This document shows, piece by piece, positions 56,519 through 64,000 of a stretch of 64,000 nt of DNA. The position numbers and the translations under genes are program-made. Within the stretch, counting starts at the first letter, position 1, and each line of letters starts with the position of its first letter. This stretch comes from Opitutaceae bacterium (lineage in GTDB: Bacteria; Verrucomicrobiota; Verrucomicrobiia; Opitutales; Coraliomargaritaceae). A model generated the notes under the pieces. It was not told the origin of the DNA. It saw only the letters and a list, made by a program, of their open reading frames with translations, and made no database searches. Location: positions 1-64,000 of the forward strand of contig JBPOFY010000003.1 in assembly GCA_051252375.1 (NCBI GenBank), written 5' to 3'.

Positions 56519-57178
56519 ATGAACTTCGGACATCTCGCACGCTACTATCATTTACTTGAAGTGGTCTTTATCGGTCGCGGGCTGCTGCGTGCGCGAACCG
56601 CTCAATTGGAGCGACTTGCGCAAGGGCGTCCGAATCAGCATGCGCTGATGGTGGGTGAGGGGAATGGCAGTTTCCTTTTAGCTTTTCTTGAGCAATTCCC
56701 TGAAGTCCGCGTCACGGTGAATGACTTGAGCCCGGAAATGTTGGAAGTGGCAAGGGCAAGACTTAGGGATTCGGGAGTTGATGCGTCTCGGGTTGAATTC
56801 ATTGCAGGAGACATACGGGATGTGGAGCGCCCGGCGAATGGATACGATTTGATAGCGACACATTTCTTCTTCGACAATTTTGACGATGGGGTAGCCGCAG
56901 AGATGGTGCGCATTGTGGAATCTTTGAGTGCAACAGAAGCGCAATGGCTGGTGTCTGATTTCTGTATGCCTGAGGGTGGATGGCGTGCACTCCGTGCGAA
57001 AGTGTGGCTCAGCTTGCTCTACGGCTTCTTTGGCCGCTTTGCGGGTCTGAAGACGCGGCAACTGCCTGCAACCGAGTCACATCTTGTAGTCGGTCGATTC
57101 ATCCGCACCAATCGAAAGACCTTTTGCGGTGGGATGTTGTATAGCTCGCACTATCAGACGGTGCATTCGGGAGAGTAG
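56519..57178 (+). CDS. Class I SAM-dependent methyltransferase
   Basis: VGEGNGSFL, DLSPEML, YDLIATHFFFD. Confidence 0.85.
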   Translation: MNFGHLARYYHLLEVVFIGRGLLRARTAQLERLAQGRPNQHALMVGEGNGSFLLAFLEQFPEVRVTVNDLSPEMLEVARARLRDSGVDASRVEFIAGDIRDVERPANGYDLIATHFFFDNFDDGVAAEMVRIVESLSATEAQWLVSDFCMPEGGWRALRAKVWLSLLYGFFGRFAGLKTRQLPATESHLVVGRFIRTNRKTFCGGMLYSSHYQTVHSGE

Positions 57179-57212
57179 GCGTGTCTTTCGTAGTCAAATC
57201 GTGCTATCCAAT

Positions 57213-57833
57213 CTACAACGTCACTGCTCCGGTCAAAACGAAGAGGGCGACTTGAACGCAGCCGATTATGAAGCCGAGGATTGCGCCGAGGCGTTCGATG
57301 GTGCGGAACTCACGACTCGCGACTTCGTTGACGATACCTTCGAGGCGATCCAAATCAAAGGCGGCAATGTTGTCTTCGATCATTTGCTTGAGGTCGACTG
57401 AGGCTTCAAACTGGGTAGCGACTTTTTCCATCAGTGGACCGGCTTCTTCCTTCATTGAGGCGGCGGCGATGACCTCGAATTTGGCGAGGGTGCTGTCGTT
57501 GATAAAACTGCCGAGCAAAGGAATGGCACGGAGCTGCGGTCCGATGCGCTCCCAGACTACCTTGTGTGCGGCCTCTTCAAGATAGGGACCGAGTTCGATC
57601 TTACGGATTTCGTGCAAGATCATGTGTTGTTGGAGAATCTCACGTTCGATGATCTCGGCGGATTCCTTGGCGAGCTGCAGTTGACGGCGTGGTATGAGCC
57701 CCTGCCATTTCCATAAAAAGATCCGCATCGGCACGCGTGGATGAAACAGCATCTTGATCGCGACCCAATTCGTGAACCAACCGATCGCGGCCGTAATGAA
57801 AGGAGTGAGGATGAGTAAGACTGGAGTGGTCAT
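57213..57833 (-). CDS. DUF445 family membrane protein
   Basis: IGWFTNWVAIKMLFHP, QGLIP, GAILGFIIG. Confidence 0.88.
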   Translation of the reverse strand: MTTPVLLILTPFITAAIGWFTNWVAIKMLFHPRVPMRIFLWKWQGLIPRRQLQLAKESAEIIEREILQQHMILHEIRKIELGPYLEEAAHKVVWERIGPQLRAIPLLGSFINDSTLAKFEVIAAASMKEEAGPLMEKVATQFEASVDLKQMIEDNIAAFDLDRLEGIVNEVASREFRTIERLGAILGFIIGCVQVALFVLTGAVTL

Positions 57834-58020
57834 TGCGAGAGAAGTGGAGAGCGGGAAGTGGAGAGTAGGGAGTGGGAAGTGGAAGAGTAGTGCATGGTTC
57901 TGGGCTTTGGATCAAGCTTGGTGGTTCGAAAATGCATGTCACTGATCGTGCAGCGTTTAGAGGCTAATACTAGGCTTACTGAGTTGCCATCTGCTTCTGG
58001 GATTCTCATTTTTGTTGGCA

Positions 58021-58545
58021 ATGAGTATTGCAACCAAGACCGGTGATGCCGGCACCACGGCGCTTTTATTTGGTAAACGTGTCCCTAAGACGCACTTACG
58101 GGTGATGACTTATGGGCGGATCGATGAGTTGACCTCTGCGTTGGGGCTGTGCCGTGCGCATTGTGAGATCGAGGGCACCAAAGCCTTGGTGCATGGGATC
58201 CAAAAAGAACTGATCTATCTAATGTCGGAATTGGCGACGGATGATGTCGACCAAGGTCGATTTCTAGAAAAGTATGCAGAAAAGTATATCTCAGAGTCGA
58301 TGGTTGAGAACCTGACCACGACTATTCACGCCAAGGAATCTAATGACGGTGGCTTTGCCGGCTGGACATATCCGGGCAATACGATTGCTGATGCGTTTTT
58401 TGACCAAGCCCGCACAACTTGTCGCCGCGCTGAGCGCGGAGTGGTGGCCTTAAAAGAAAGCGGTGCGATCGTTCGTCCCGAGTTGATGCAGTATTTGAAC
58501 CGTTTGGCTGATTTGCTTTGGCTCCTCGGTCGTGAGCACGCGTAG
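58021..58545 (+). CDS. pduO: PduO-type cob(I)alamin adenosyltransferase
   Basis: TKTGDAGTT, YGRIDEL, RTTCRRAER, YLNRLAD. Confidence 0.9.
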   Translation: MSIATKTGDAGTTALLFGKRVPKTHLRVMTYGRIDELTSALGLCRAHCEIEGTKALVHGIQKELIYLMSELATDDVDQGRFLEKYAEKYISESMVENLTTTIHAKESNDGGFAGWTYPGNTIADAFFDQARTTCRRAERGVVALKESGAIVRPELMQYLNRLADLLWLLGREHA

Positions 58546-58690
58546 GTCGTGAGCAGTGGGCAGTGAGGAGTCGGCTTTTGTCTGACTCCAAATTTGAATC
58601 AAGTAGTCGCGAACTACTTTCCGAAATCAGTTTACTCTGCGCGGAATATGGATTCGCTGTAATCTTTCTGCCACTTCCTCTGTTTATCTG

Positions 58691-60124
58691 ATGCAAATTA
58701 TTCCTTCCAGTATGTTGCCTGAGCGCGATGAGGGCGCACTGCGTTCTTTTCTGGAAGGTTGTCGCGAGGCGGCGCGGGCGAAGGGGCATTTCCAGATTGC
58801 GAGTATCTCGTTGGCGGTGAAGCACATTGCGCCTTTGGCGGTTTTGGAGTCGATCTACGAGCCGGAGGAACTGCACTTTTATATTGAGCGTGCGGCGGAC
58901 GAAGAGGCGCTTGCTGGTGCGGAAGCAGTGGTGCAGGCGCAGTTTGATGGACCCAGCCGCTTTGCTGCTGTGCAGGTATTTGCCAAAGAAATTTTAGACA
59001 ACACGATTGCAGTGGGTGATCTGAGTGAGCCTTTTACTGGTCCGCATTTTTTTACCGCGTTTACTTTTGATGATTCGGTCTCGGAGGATGCCGCTTTTCC
59101 TGCGGCGACGGTTTTCTTGCCGCGTTGGCAGGTTTCACGTTCGAAGGGTAAATACGGCGCGTTGGCAAATCTGCGGATCGATCCGGATACGGATGTCGAT
59201 GTTTTGGTGGCTCGTGTCTGGGGTGCGTATAGTAAGTTTGGGGCCTTTGATTATGCAGAGGAGTCCGTGCCAGCGATGCCAGTGACGGAGGCAAAAGAAC
59301 GCTCACGCACTGAGCTCGCGCCGGATCATTACCCAGCTGCGGTCGAAGCGGCACTGGGTGAAATACGTTCAGGAGCTTACGAGAAGATCGTGCTGGCACG
59401 TGCCTTGGAATTAAAAGCGGATCGAGCGTGGCAACCACTCACGGCTTTGAATCGTTTGCGCGAACGTTTTGGCGGCTGTTTTACCTTTTCCTTCAGTGGT
59501 GGTGCGAAGGGCAGCTTTATCGGTGCCACACCAGAGCGCTTATTGCAGATACGCGATGGGCATTTGTTGACCGAAGCAATTGCTGGCTCTGCGCCGCGTG
59601 GCGCGACTGCGGGTGAAGACGCGAAATTCGCGCGCGGTCTACTTGAAAGCGAAAAAGATCAGCACGAGCATGCGTATGTGCGTGATTCGATTATTCGACG
59701 TTTAGCAAAACTCGGAGTGGTGGCGAAAGCCGAAGGCAGCCCACGTTTGTTGCCATTGGCAAATGTGCAACACTTGCGCACTCCGATCAGTGCCGAGGTC
59801 GGAGACTCAGTTCACTTACTAGATATGCTCGCCGATATGCACCCGACACCTGCAGTTGGCGGCACGCCGCGTGAGGCAGCGGTGCCACGCATAGCAGCAT
59901 TAGAACAACTGGAACGTGGTCTGTATTCCGGCGTCGTCGGTTGGTTCAATCACTTGAACGAAGGCGAGATGGTCGTCGGTATTCGCTCCGCATTGATCCA
60001 GGGCGACACGGCTACGCTCTACGCAGGTGCTGGCATCGTCGAAGGCTCCGATCCGGAAAAAGAAATGCGCGAAACCGAGATGAAGCTACATGCCTTGCTC
60101 GACGTGCTGACTGGGCAGGACTAG
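58691..60124 (+). CDS. menF: Isochorismate synthase
   Basis: [37 protein letters not shown]. Confidence 0.85.
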   Translation: MQIIPSSMLPERDEGALRSFLEGCREAARAKGHFQIASISLAVKHIAPLAVLESIYEPEELHFYIERAADEEALAGAEAVVQAQFDGPSRFAAVQVFAKEILDNTIAVGDLSEPFTGPHFFTAFTFDDSVSEDAAFPAATVFLPRWQVSRSKGKYGALANLRIDPDTDVDVLVARVWGAYSKFGAFDYAEESVPAMPVTEAKERSRTELAPDHYPAAVEAALGEIRSGAYEKIVLARALELKADRAWQPLTALNRLRERFGGCFTFSFSGGAKGSFIGATPERLLQIRDGHLLTEAIAGSAPRGATAGEDAKFARGLLESEKDQHEHAYVRDSIIRRLAKLGVVAKAEGSPRLLPLANVQHLRTPISAEVGDSVHLLDMLADMHPTPAVGGTPREAAVPRIAALEQLERGLYSGVVGWFNHLNEGEMVVGIRSALIQGDTATLYAGAGIVEGSDPEKEMRETEMKLHALLDVLTGQD

Positions 60125-60167
60125 GCGGGCGAGTTAGCTCGGATCGGCACAGACAGGAATGTCTGTG

Positions 60168-61109
60168 TTACTTTGCGTTGAGCTCTACCAGTTTCGCCAT
60201 GATTGCTTTTTGAGCGTGGAGGCGATTCTCGGCTTCGTCAAAGATGATGCTTTGTGGGCTGTCGAGGACTGCTTGGCTGACTTCTTCGCCAGCGTGGGCG
60301 GGGAGGCAGTGCATGAAGTATGCGTCGGGCTTGGCGAGTGCCATGAGCTCGGAAGTGACTTGATATGGTGCCATTTCCTTGAGGCGTGCTTCTGCTTGGG
60401 CTTCGTCGCCCATTGATACCCAGACGTCGGTGTAGATGGCGTCGGCGTTTTCGCAGGCGATCTTTGGGTCGTCGGTATAAGTGAAATTGACGGGTAGCCC
60501 GGCAGCTTTGAGTGCTTCGGTCACGCTCGCCTTTGGTTCGTAGCCCTTGGGGCCGGACACGACGATCTCCATGCCGAACATGGCGGCACTGAGAATCCAT
60601 GAGTTGGCCATGTTGCAGGCACTGTCCCCGAGAAAGGCGACTTTCTTACCTTTGAGCGTGTTGATATCCACCGAGTCGGGAGAATAGCGCTCCAGCAGGG
60701 TGAAGAGGTCGGCCATCAATTGGCAGGGGTGGTTGAAGTCTGTCAGGCCGTTCACGATGGGCATGGTGGCGTGCTTCGCGAACTCGGTCACCGTTTCGTG
60801 CTCGTAAGCCCGAATGACTAGACCGTGCAAATAGCGAGACAATACCTTGGAACTGTCTTCGACGGTTTCACCGCGGCCAATTTGGGTTTGCTGCGAGTTG
60901 AGCACGAGAGGGAAGCCGCCGAGTTCATTGACACCCACTTCAAAGGACACACGAGTCCGTGTGCTGCTCTTGTAGAAGAGTAGACCCCACGACTGCATGT
61001 TGAGGGGTTGAGGACCGCTGAGGCGGTTCTCCTTGAGGCTCTTGGCGAGCGAGAAGACTTCTTGTGCTTGTTCGAGCGTGAAATCTGTGACTTGTAGGAA
61101 ATGGTGCAT
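60168..61109 (-). CDS. argF: Ornithine carbamoyltransferase
   Basis: SSTRTR, HPCQ, DVWVSMG, HCLP. Confidence 0.95.
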   Translation of the reverse strand: MHHFLQVTDFTLEQAQEVFSLAKSLKENRLSGPQPLNMQSWGLLFYKSSTRTRVSFEVGVNELGGFPLVLNSQQTQIGRGETVEDSSKVLSRYLHGLVIRAYEHETVTEFAKHATMPIVNGLTDFNHPCQLMADLFTLLERYSPDSVDINTLKGKKVAFLGDSACNMANSWILSAAMFGMEIVVSGPKGYEPKASVTEALKAAGLPVNFTYTDDPKIACENADAIYTDVWVSMGDEAQAEARLKEMAPYQVTSELMALAKPDAYFMHCLPAHAGEEVSQAVLDSPQSIIFDEAENRLHAQKAIMAKLVELNAK

Positions 61110-61118
61110 TTCAATTAA

Positions 61119-61221
61119 GAACATCGAACGTCCAACGTCGAACGTTGAACATCGAATGTCATGATGATGGGGTTAAATATTGATTCAGAATTCGAAGTTG
61201 GAAGTTCAACGTTCGATGTTC
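61119..61221. repeat. Heptamer inverted-repeat element overlapping the argD stop codon
   Basis: gaacatcgaacgtccaacgtcgaacgttgaac ... gttggaagttcaacgttcgatgttc. Confidence 0.8.
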
Positions 61222-62396
61222 GCGAAAACTTCGTCGAGAATACGGACCGATTCGGCGAGTTCTTTAAGGTTAGCTGTGAGTGCGGGTAATAAGCGGATGA
61301 CATTGTGGCCTGCTGGAACGATGAGGAGATTCTTTTCCCGTGCTGCGGTGGCGACAGTGAGGCTGGCACCTTCTTGCTTGAGGACGAGACCGACCATATA
61401 TCCAGCACCCCGCATGCCAGTGATGTGTTGTGGGTATTTTTCGACCAAATCTTGTAGCGCCTCATGCCAGAGGACACTGTTGGCGGTAACTTCATCCAGC
61501 AGGTTATCTTCTTCGATGATGTCGAGTGTTGCGTTGGCTGCAGCACAGGCCAGCGGTGATCCACCAAAGGTCGTGCCGTGTGAACCGGGTTGGAAGAGTT
61601 CGGCGTATGGCTCCGCTACCCAGATAGCTCCGATAGGGAAACCCGCGCCGAGACCTTTAGCCATGCCGATGGCGTCTGGCTTAACACCGCTTTTCTCGAA
61701 GGCGAAAAAGTGACCGCTCCGACCGATGCCGCATTGCACTTCGTCGAGCATGAGTAGTGCTCCCCGCTCGGTGCAGAGTGCCCGTAGTTCTTGTAGGAAG
61801 CTGGCTTCTGCGGGAAAAATGCCGCCTTCGCCTTGTATGGATTCGATGAATACAGCTGCGACGGAATCGTCGACCAACTTGTCGAATGTTTCGATTTTGT
61901 TGAGTTCGCCGAATTTAAAGCCTTCCAGCATGGGCCGGAAGCCACCTTGGATTTTCTCCTGCGGTGTAGCACCCATGCCGCCGAAGGTCCGTCCATGGAA
62001 AGCGTGTTGTGCTGCCACGACAGTATACCGCTTGGCTTCTTCGCCGCCAGATAGTTGCCGCCCGTGGAGCCGTGCGAGTTTAATTAGAGCTTCATTGGCT
62101 TCCGCGCCGCTATTGCAGAACAGTACCCGTCCAGGACCGGCTTTTTCAACGAGCCGATCCGCGAGCTTTTGCTGCCCGGGAATACCGTAAAGGTTGCTAC
62201 AGTGGGTGAGGGTTGCGGCTTGCTCTTGAACGGCTTGCACCCATTTCGGGTGTGAGTGCCCGACAGAAGTCACTGCGATGCCACTGCCGAAATCCAAATA
62301 GCGTGCCCCATTCTCGTCATAGAGATACACGCCTTCGCCCCGCACGGCATTGAATGCGGGCGGACCGTAGTTTTTCATTAGAGATGGGTGATGCAT
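61206..62396 (-). CDS. argD: Acetylornithine aminotransferase
   Basis: NSGAEANE, FHGRT, IQGEGG, DEVQCG, AKGLG, HGTTFGG; arg cluster context. Confidence 0.92.
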   Translation of the reverse strand: MHHPSLMKNYGPPAFNAVRGEGVYLYDENGARYLDFGSGIAVTSVGHSHPKWVQAVQEQAATLTHCSNLYGIPGQQKLADRLVEKAGPGRVLFCNSGAEANEALIKLARLHGRQLSGGEEAKRYTVVAAQHAFHGRTFGGMGATPQEKIQGGFRPMLEGFKFGELNKIETFDKLVDDSVAAVFIESIQGEGGIFPAEASFLQELRALCTERGALLMLDEVQCGIGRSGHFFAFEKSGVKPDAIGMAKGLGAGFPIGAIWVAEPYAELFQPGSHGTTFGGSPLACAAANATLDIIEEDNLLDEVTANSVLWHEALQDLVEKYPQHITGMRGAGYMVGLVLKQEGASLTVATAAREKNLLIVPAGHNVIRLLPALTANLKELAESVRILDEVFANIER

Positions 62397-62479
62397 TTTT
62401 TTGAATGGCTAATAAATTATGACTGATGGCTAATTAATTTGAAATTAGCTATTAAGGATTACTCATTAAAATCGTAGAT

Positions 62480-63370
62480 TTATGAATTATGAATTTCGGT
62501 GCCTACGCCTTTGTCGGTGAAGATTTCGAGGAGGAGGCTGTGTGGCTGTTCGCCGTCGATGAAGTGGACGCGGTGGACGCCGCTATGTAGGGCTTTGACT
62601 GCGCTGTCAGTTTTTGGGATCATCCCTTTACTGATAGTGCCGTCGGCAACGAGGCTCGCGACGTCTTGTGTGCGCAAAGAAGAAATAAGTGATTCGGGAT
62701 CATTGATGTCGCGCATCAGACCTGGCACGTCGCAAAGGTAAACGAGGCGGCGGGCCCGGAGGGCAGCAGCGACGCGTCCAGCGGCGGCATCGGCGTTGGT
62801 GTTATAAATCTGTCCATCTTCGTCGCATGCGATCGGTGAGATGACTGGGATGTAACCGTCGGCGAGTGCTTTCTTAATGATCTTGGTTTTGACGGTGTGC
62901 GTTTCGCCGACGAATCCCAGGTCGATGTGCTCGCCGTCGACGACGACCTCCTTTTTGTCGCAAACCAGTAGGTTATTTCCTGGCATGCCGAGCGGACGCG
63001 CATTCTTGGCTTGAAGGATCTCGCAGATATCAAGGTTAACGATTTTGTTGAGCGTGTGGTCCACGACTTTGACGGACTCAGCATCGGTGACCCGAAGACC
63101 GTGCTCGAAGCGAGTTTCCACATTGGATTCGGCGAGGGCCCGTGTGATGGCTTTGCCACCGCCATGCACGACTACCACCTTAATGCCTGCGGCATGTAGA
63201 AATGCGATGTCTGTGGCGACACGTGTCCGCACTGCCGGATCGGCGTCGTCCATAAAGGCGCCGCCGTATTTCACGACGAATATAGCGTCACGAAACCGCT
63301 GGATATAAGGGAGCGCTTCCAAGAGCACAGCTGCCTTGGTGGTGACGTCGAGATTTGCGAGTTGTGACAT
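62480..63370 (-). CDS. argB: Acetylglutamate kinase
   Basis: VKYGGA, VHGGG, GLRVTD, NTNAD, GMIPK. Confidence 0.95.
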   Translation of the reverse strand: MSQLANLDVTTKAAVLLEALPYIQRFRDAIFVVKYGGAFMDDADPAVRTRVATDIAFLHAAGIKVVVVHGGGKAITRALAESNVETRFEHGLRVTDAESVKVVDHTLNKIVNLDICEILQAKNARPLGMPGNNLLVCDKKEVVVDGEHIDLGFVGETHTVKTKIIKKALADGYIPVISPIACDEDGQIYNTNADAAAGRVAAALRARRLVYLCDVPGLMRDINDPESLISSLRTQDVASLVADGTISKGMIPKTDSAVKALHSGVHRVHFIDGEQPHSLLLEIFTDKGVGTEIHNS

Positions 63371-63424
63371 TTGATTCAAAATTTTAAGTGCAGGAAACTG
63401 AAAAGCTAAAGCGGAGAGTCGGCT

Positions 63425-64000
63425 TTATTCGGATTTGTTGAAGTTCACGTAGGCTTCGCTGAGGTCGGAGGTGAGCAGGCGGAAAGTGCCTTCACCTTGG
63501 TTTAGATTCAGTGTGATGCGAAAGCGTTTCTTGGAGACGATTTCTTTCCATTCCGATAGTTTGCTATCTTGTGGCTTGCCGCTGAGGAGGGCAGGGACGT
63601 CGTCGTAGTGAATATCAAAGATCTCTTCTTTGAGGCCTACACGAGCATAGCCTGCAGCATCGGCGAGCCTTCCCCAATTCGGGTCGGAGCCATACCAAGA
63701 GGTTTTTACTAGCAGTGAATTGCCCACGGCCCGTGCGACTTTTTCGGCGTCGGCTTCAGATTTACAGCCTTCGACGATGAGCTCGACGAGTTTGGTGATT
63801 TTTTCGCCATCACCGACGATTTTTTCGGCGAGGTTGTCGCACACTAAATAGACGGCGTCACGGAACGCTTGTAGCAGGTTCGCGTCTTCGTTGGGAACCA
63901 AGCCGGTCTTTCCATTCGCGAGGAGTAGCACGGTGTCATTCGTGCTCATATCGCCATCGATTGAAATGCGATTAAAGGTTTTGTTGCAGGCTTGAACCAG
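63425..64000 (-). CDS. argJ: Ornithine acetyltransferase ArgJ (5' part lies outside the window)
   Basis: FNRISIDGDMSTND, DGEKITK, DPNWGR. Confidence 0.95.
   Translation of the reverse strand: MVQACNKTFNRISIDGDMSTNDTVLLLANGKTGLVPNEDANLLQAFRDAVYLVCDNLAEKIVGDGEKITKLVELIVEGCKSEADAEKVARAVGNSLLVKTSWYGSDPNWGRLADAAGYARVGLKEEIFDIHYDDVPALLSGKPQDSKLSEWKEIVSKKRFRITLNLNQGEGTFRLLTSDLSEAYVNFNKSE

Noticed and set aside
58691..60124. Siderophore or secondary-metabolite cluster around the isochorismate synthase
   Set aside because: No NRPS or entA/B/E-type neighbours; a stand-alone menaquinone-type role is more likely.

Overview
64-kb chromosomal window from a bacterium. Gene content (DUF1553/DUF1501 operon, long IspG and GreA, GH29/FucP) suggests Verrucomicrobiota, probably Opitutia; this is inference only. 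Most of the window is housekeeping: class II B12-dependent ribonucleotide reductase nrdJ with tandem NrdR boxes, uppS-cdsA-dxr-rseP-ispG, a TPP-riboswitch-controlled TonB receptor, priA, a UvrD helicase, a complete methylmalonyl-CoA mutase/epimerase/Na+-pumping decarboxylase/CoA-transferase/meaB cluster, rsmB, greA, tRNA-Ser(CGA), fucP plus alpha-L-fucosidase, pduO, isochorismate synthase and argJBDF. The main accessory feature, absent from the ORF track, is an integron-type gene-cassette array on the minus strand at about 31.3-34.1 kb. It has an attI-like site, four intact and one or two decayed attC sites, two toxin-antitoxin cassettes, a secreted HExxH peptidase, and an ORF-less cassette whose two core sites both carry a compensated non-canonical GAT/ATC triplet. 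No integrase is present in the window. Other notable structure: tRNA-Ser is flanked on both sides by partial copies of itself, each split by a hairpin-rich insert; the nrdJ 3' end is duplicated with only synonymous differences; MmdB has a lysine-less biotinyl/lipoyl-like domain inserted; and several modular intergenic repeat families occur, some now forming protein C-termini. All protein calls come from motif recognition by eye, not database searches.
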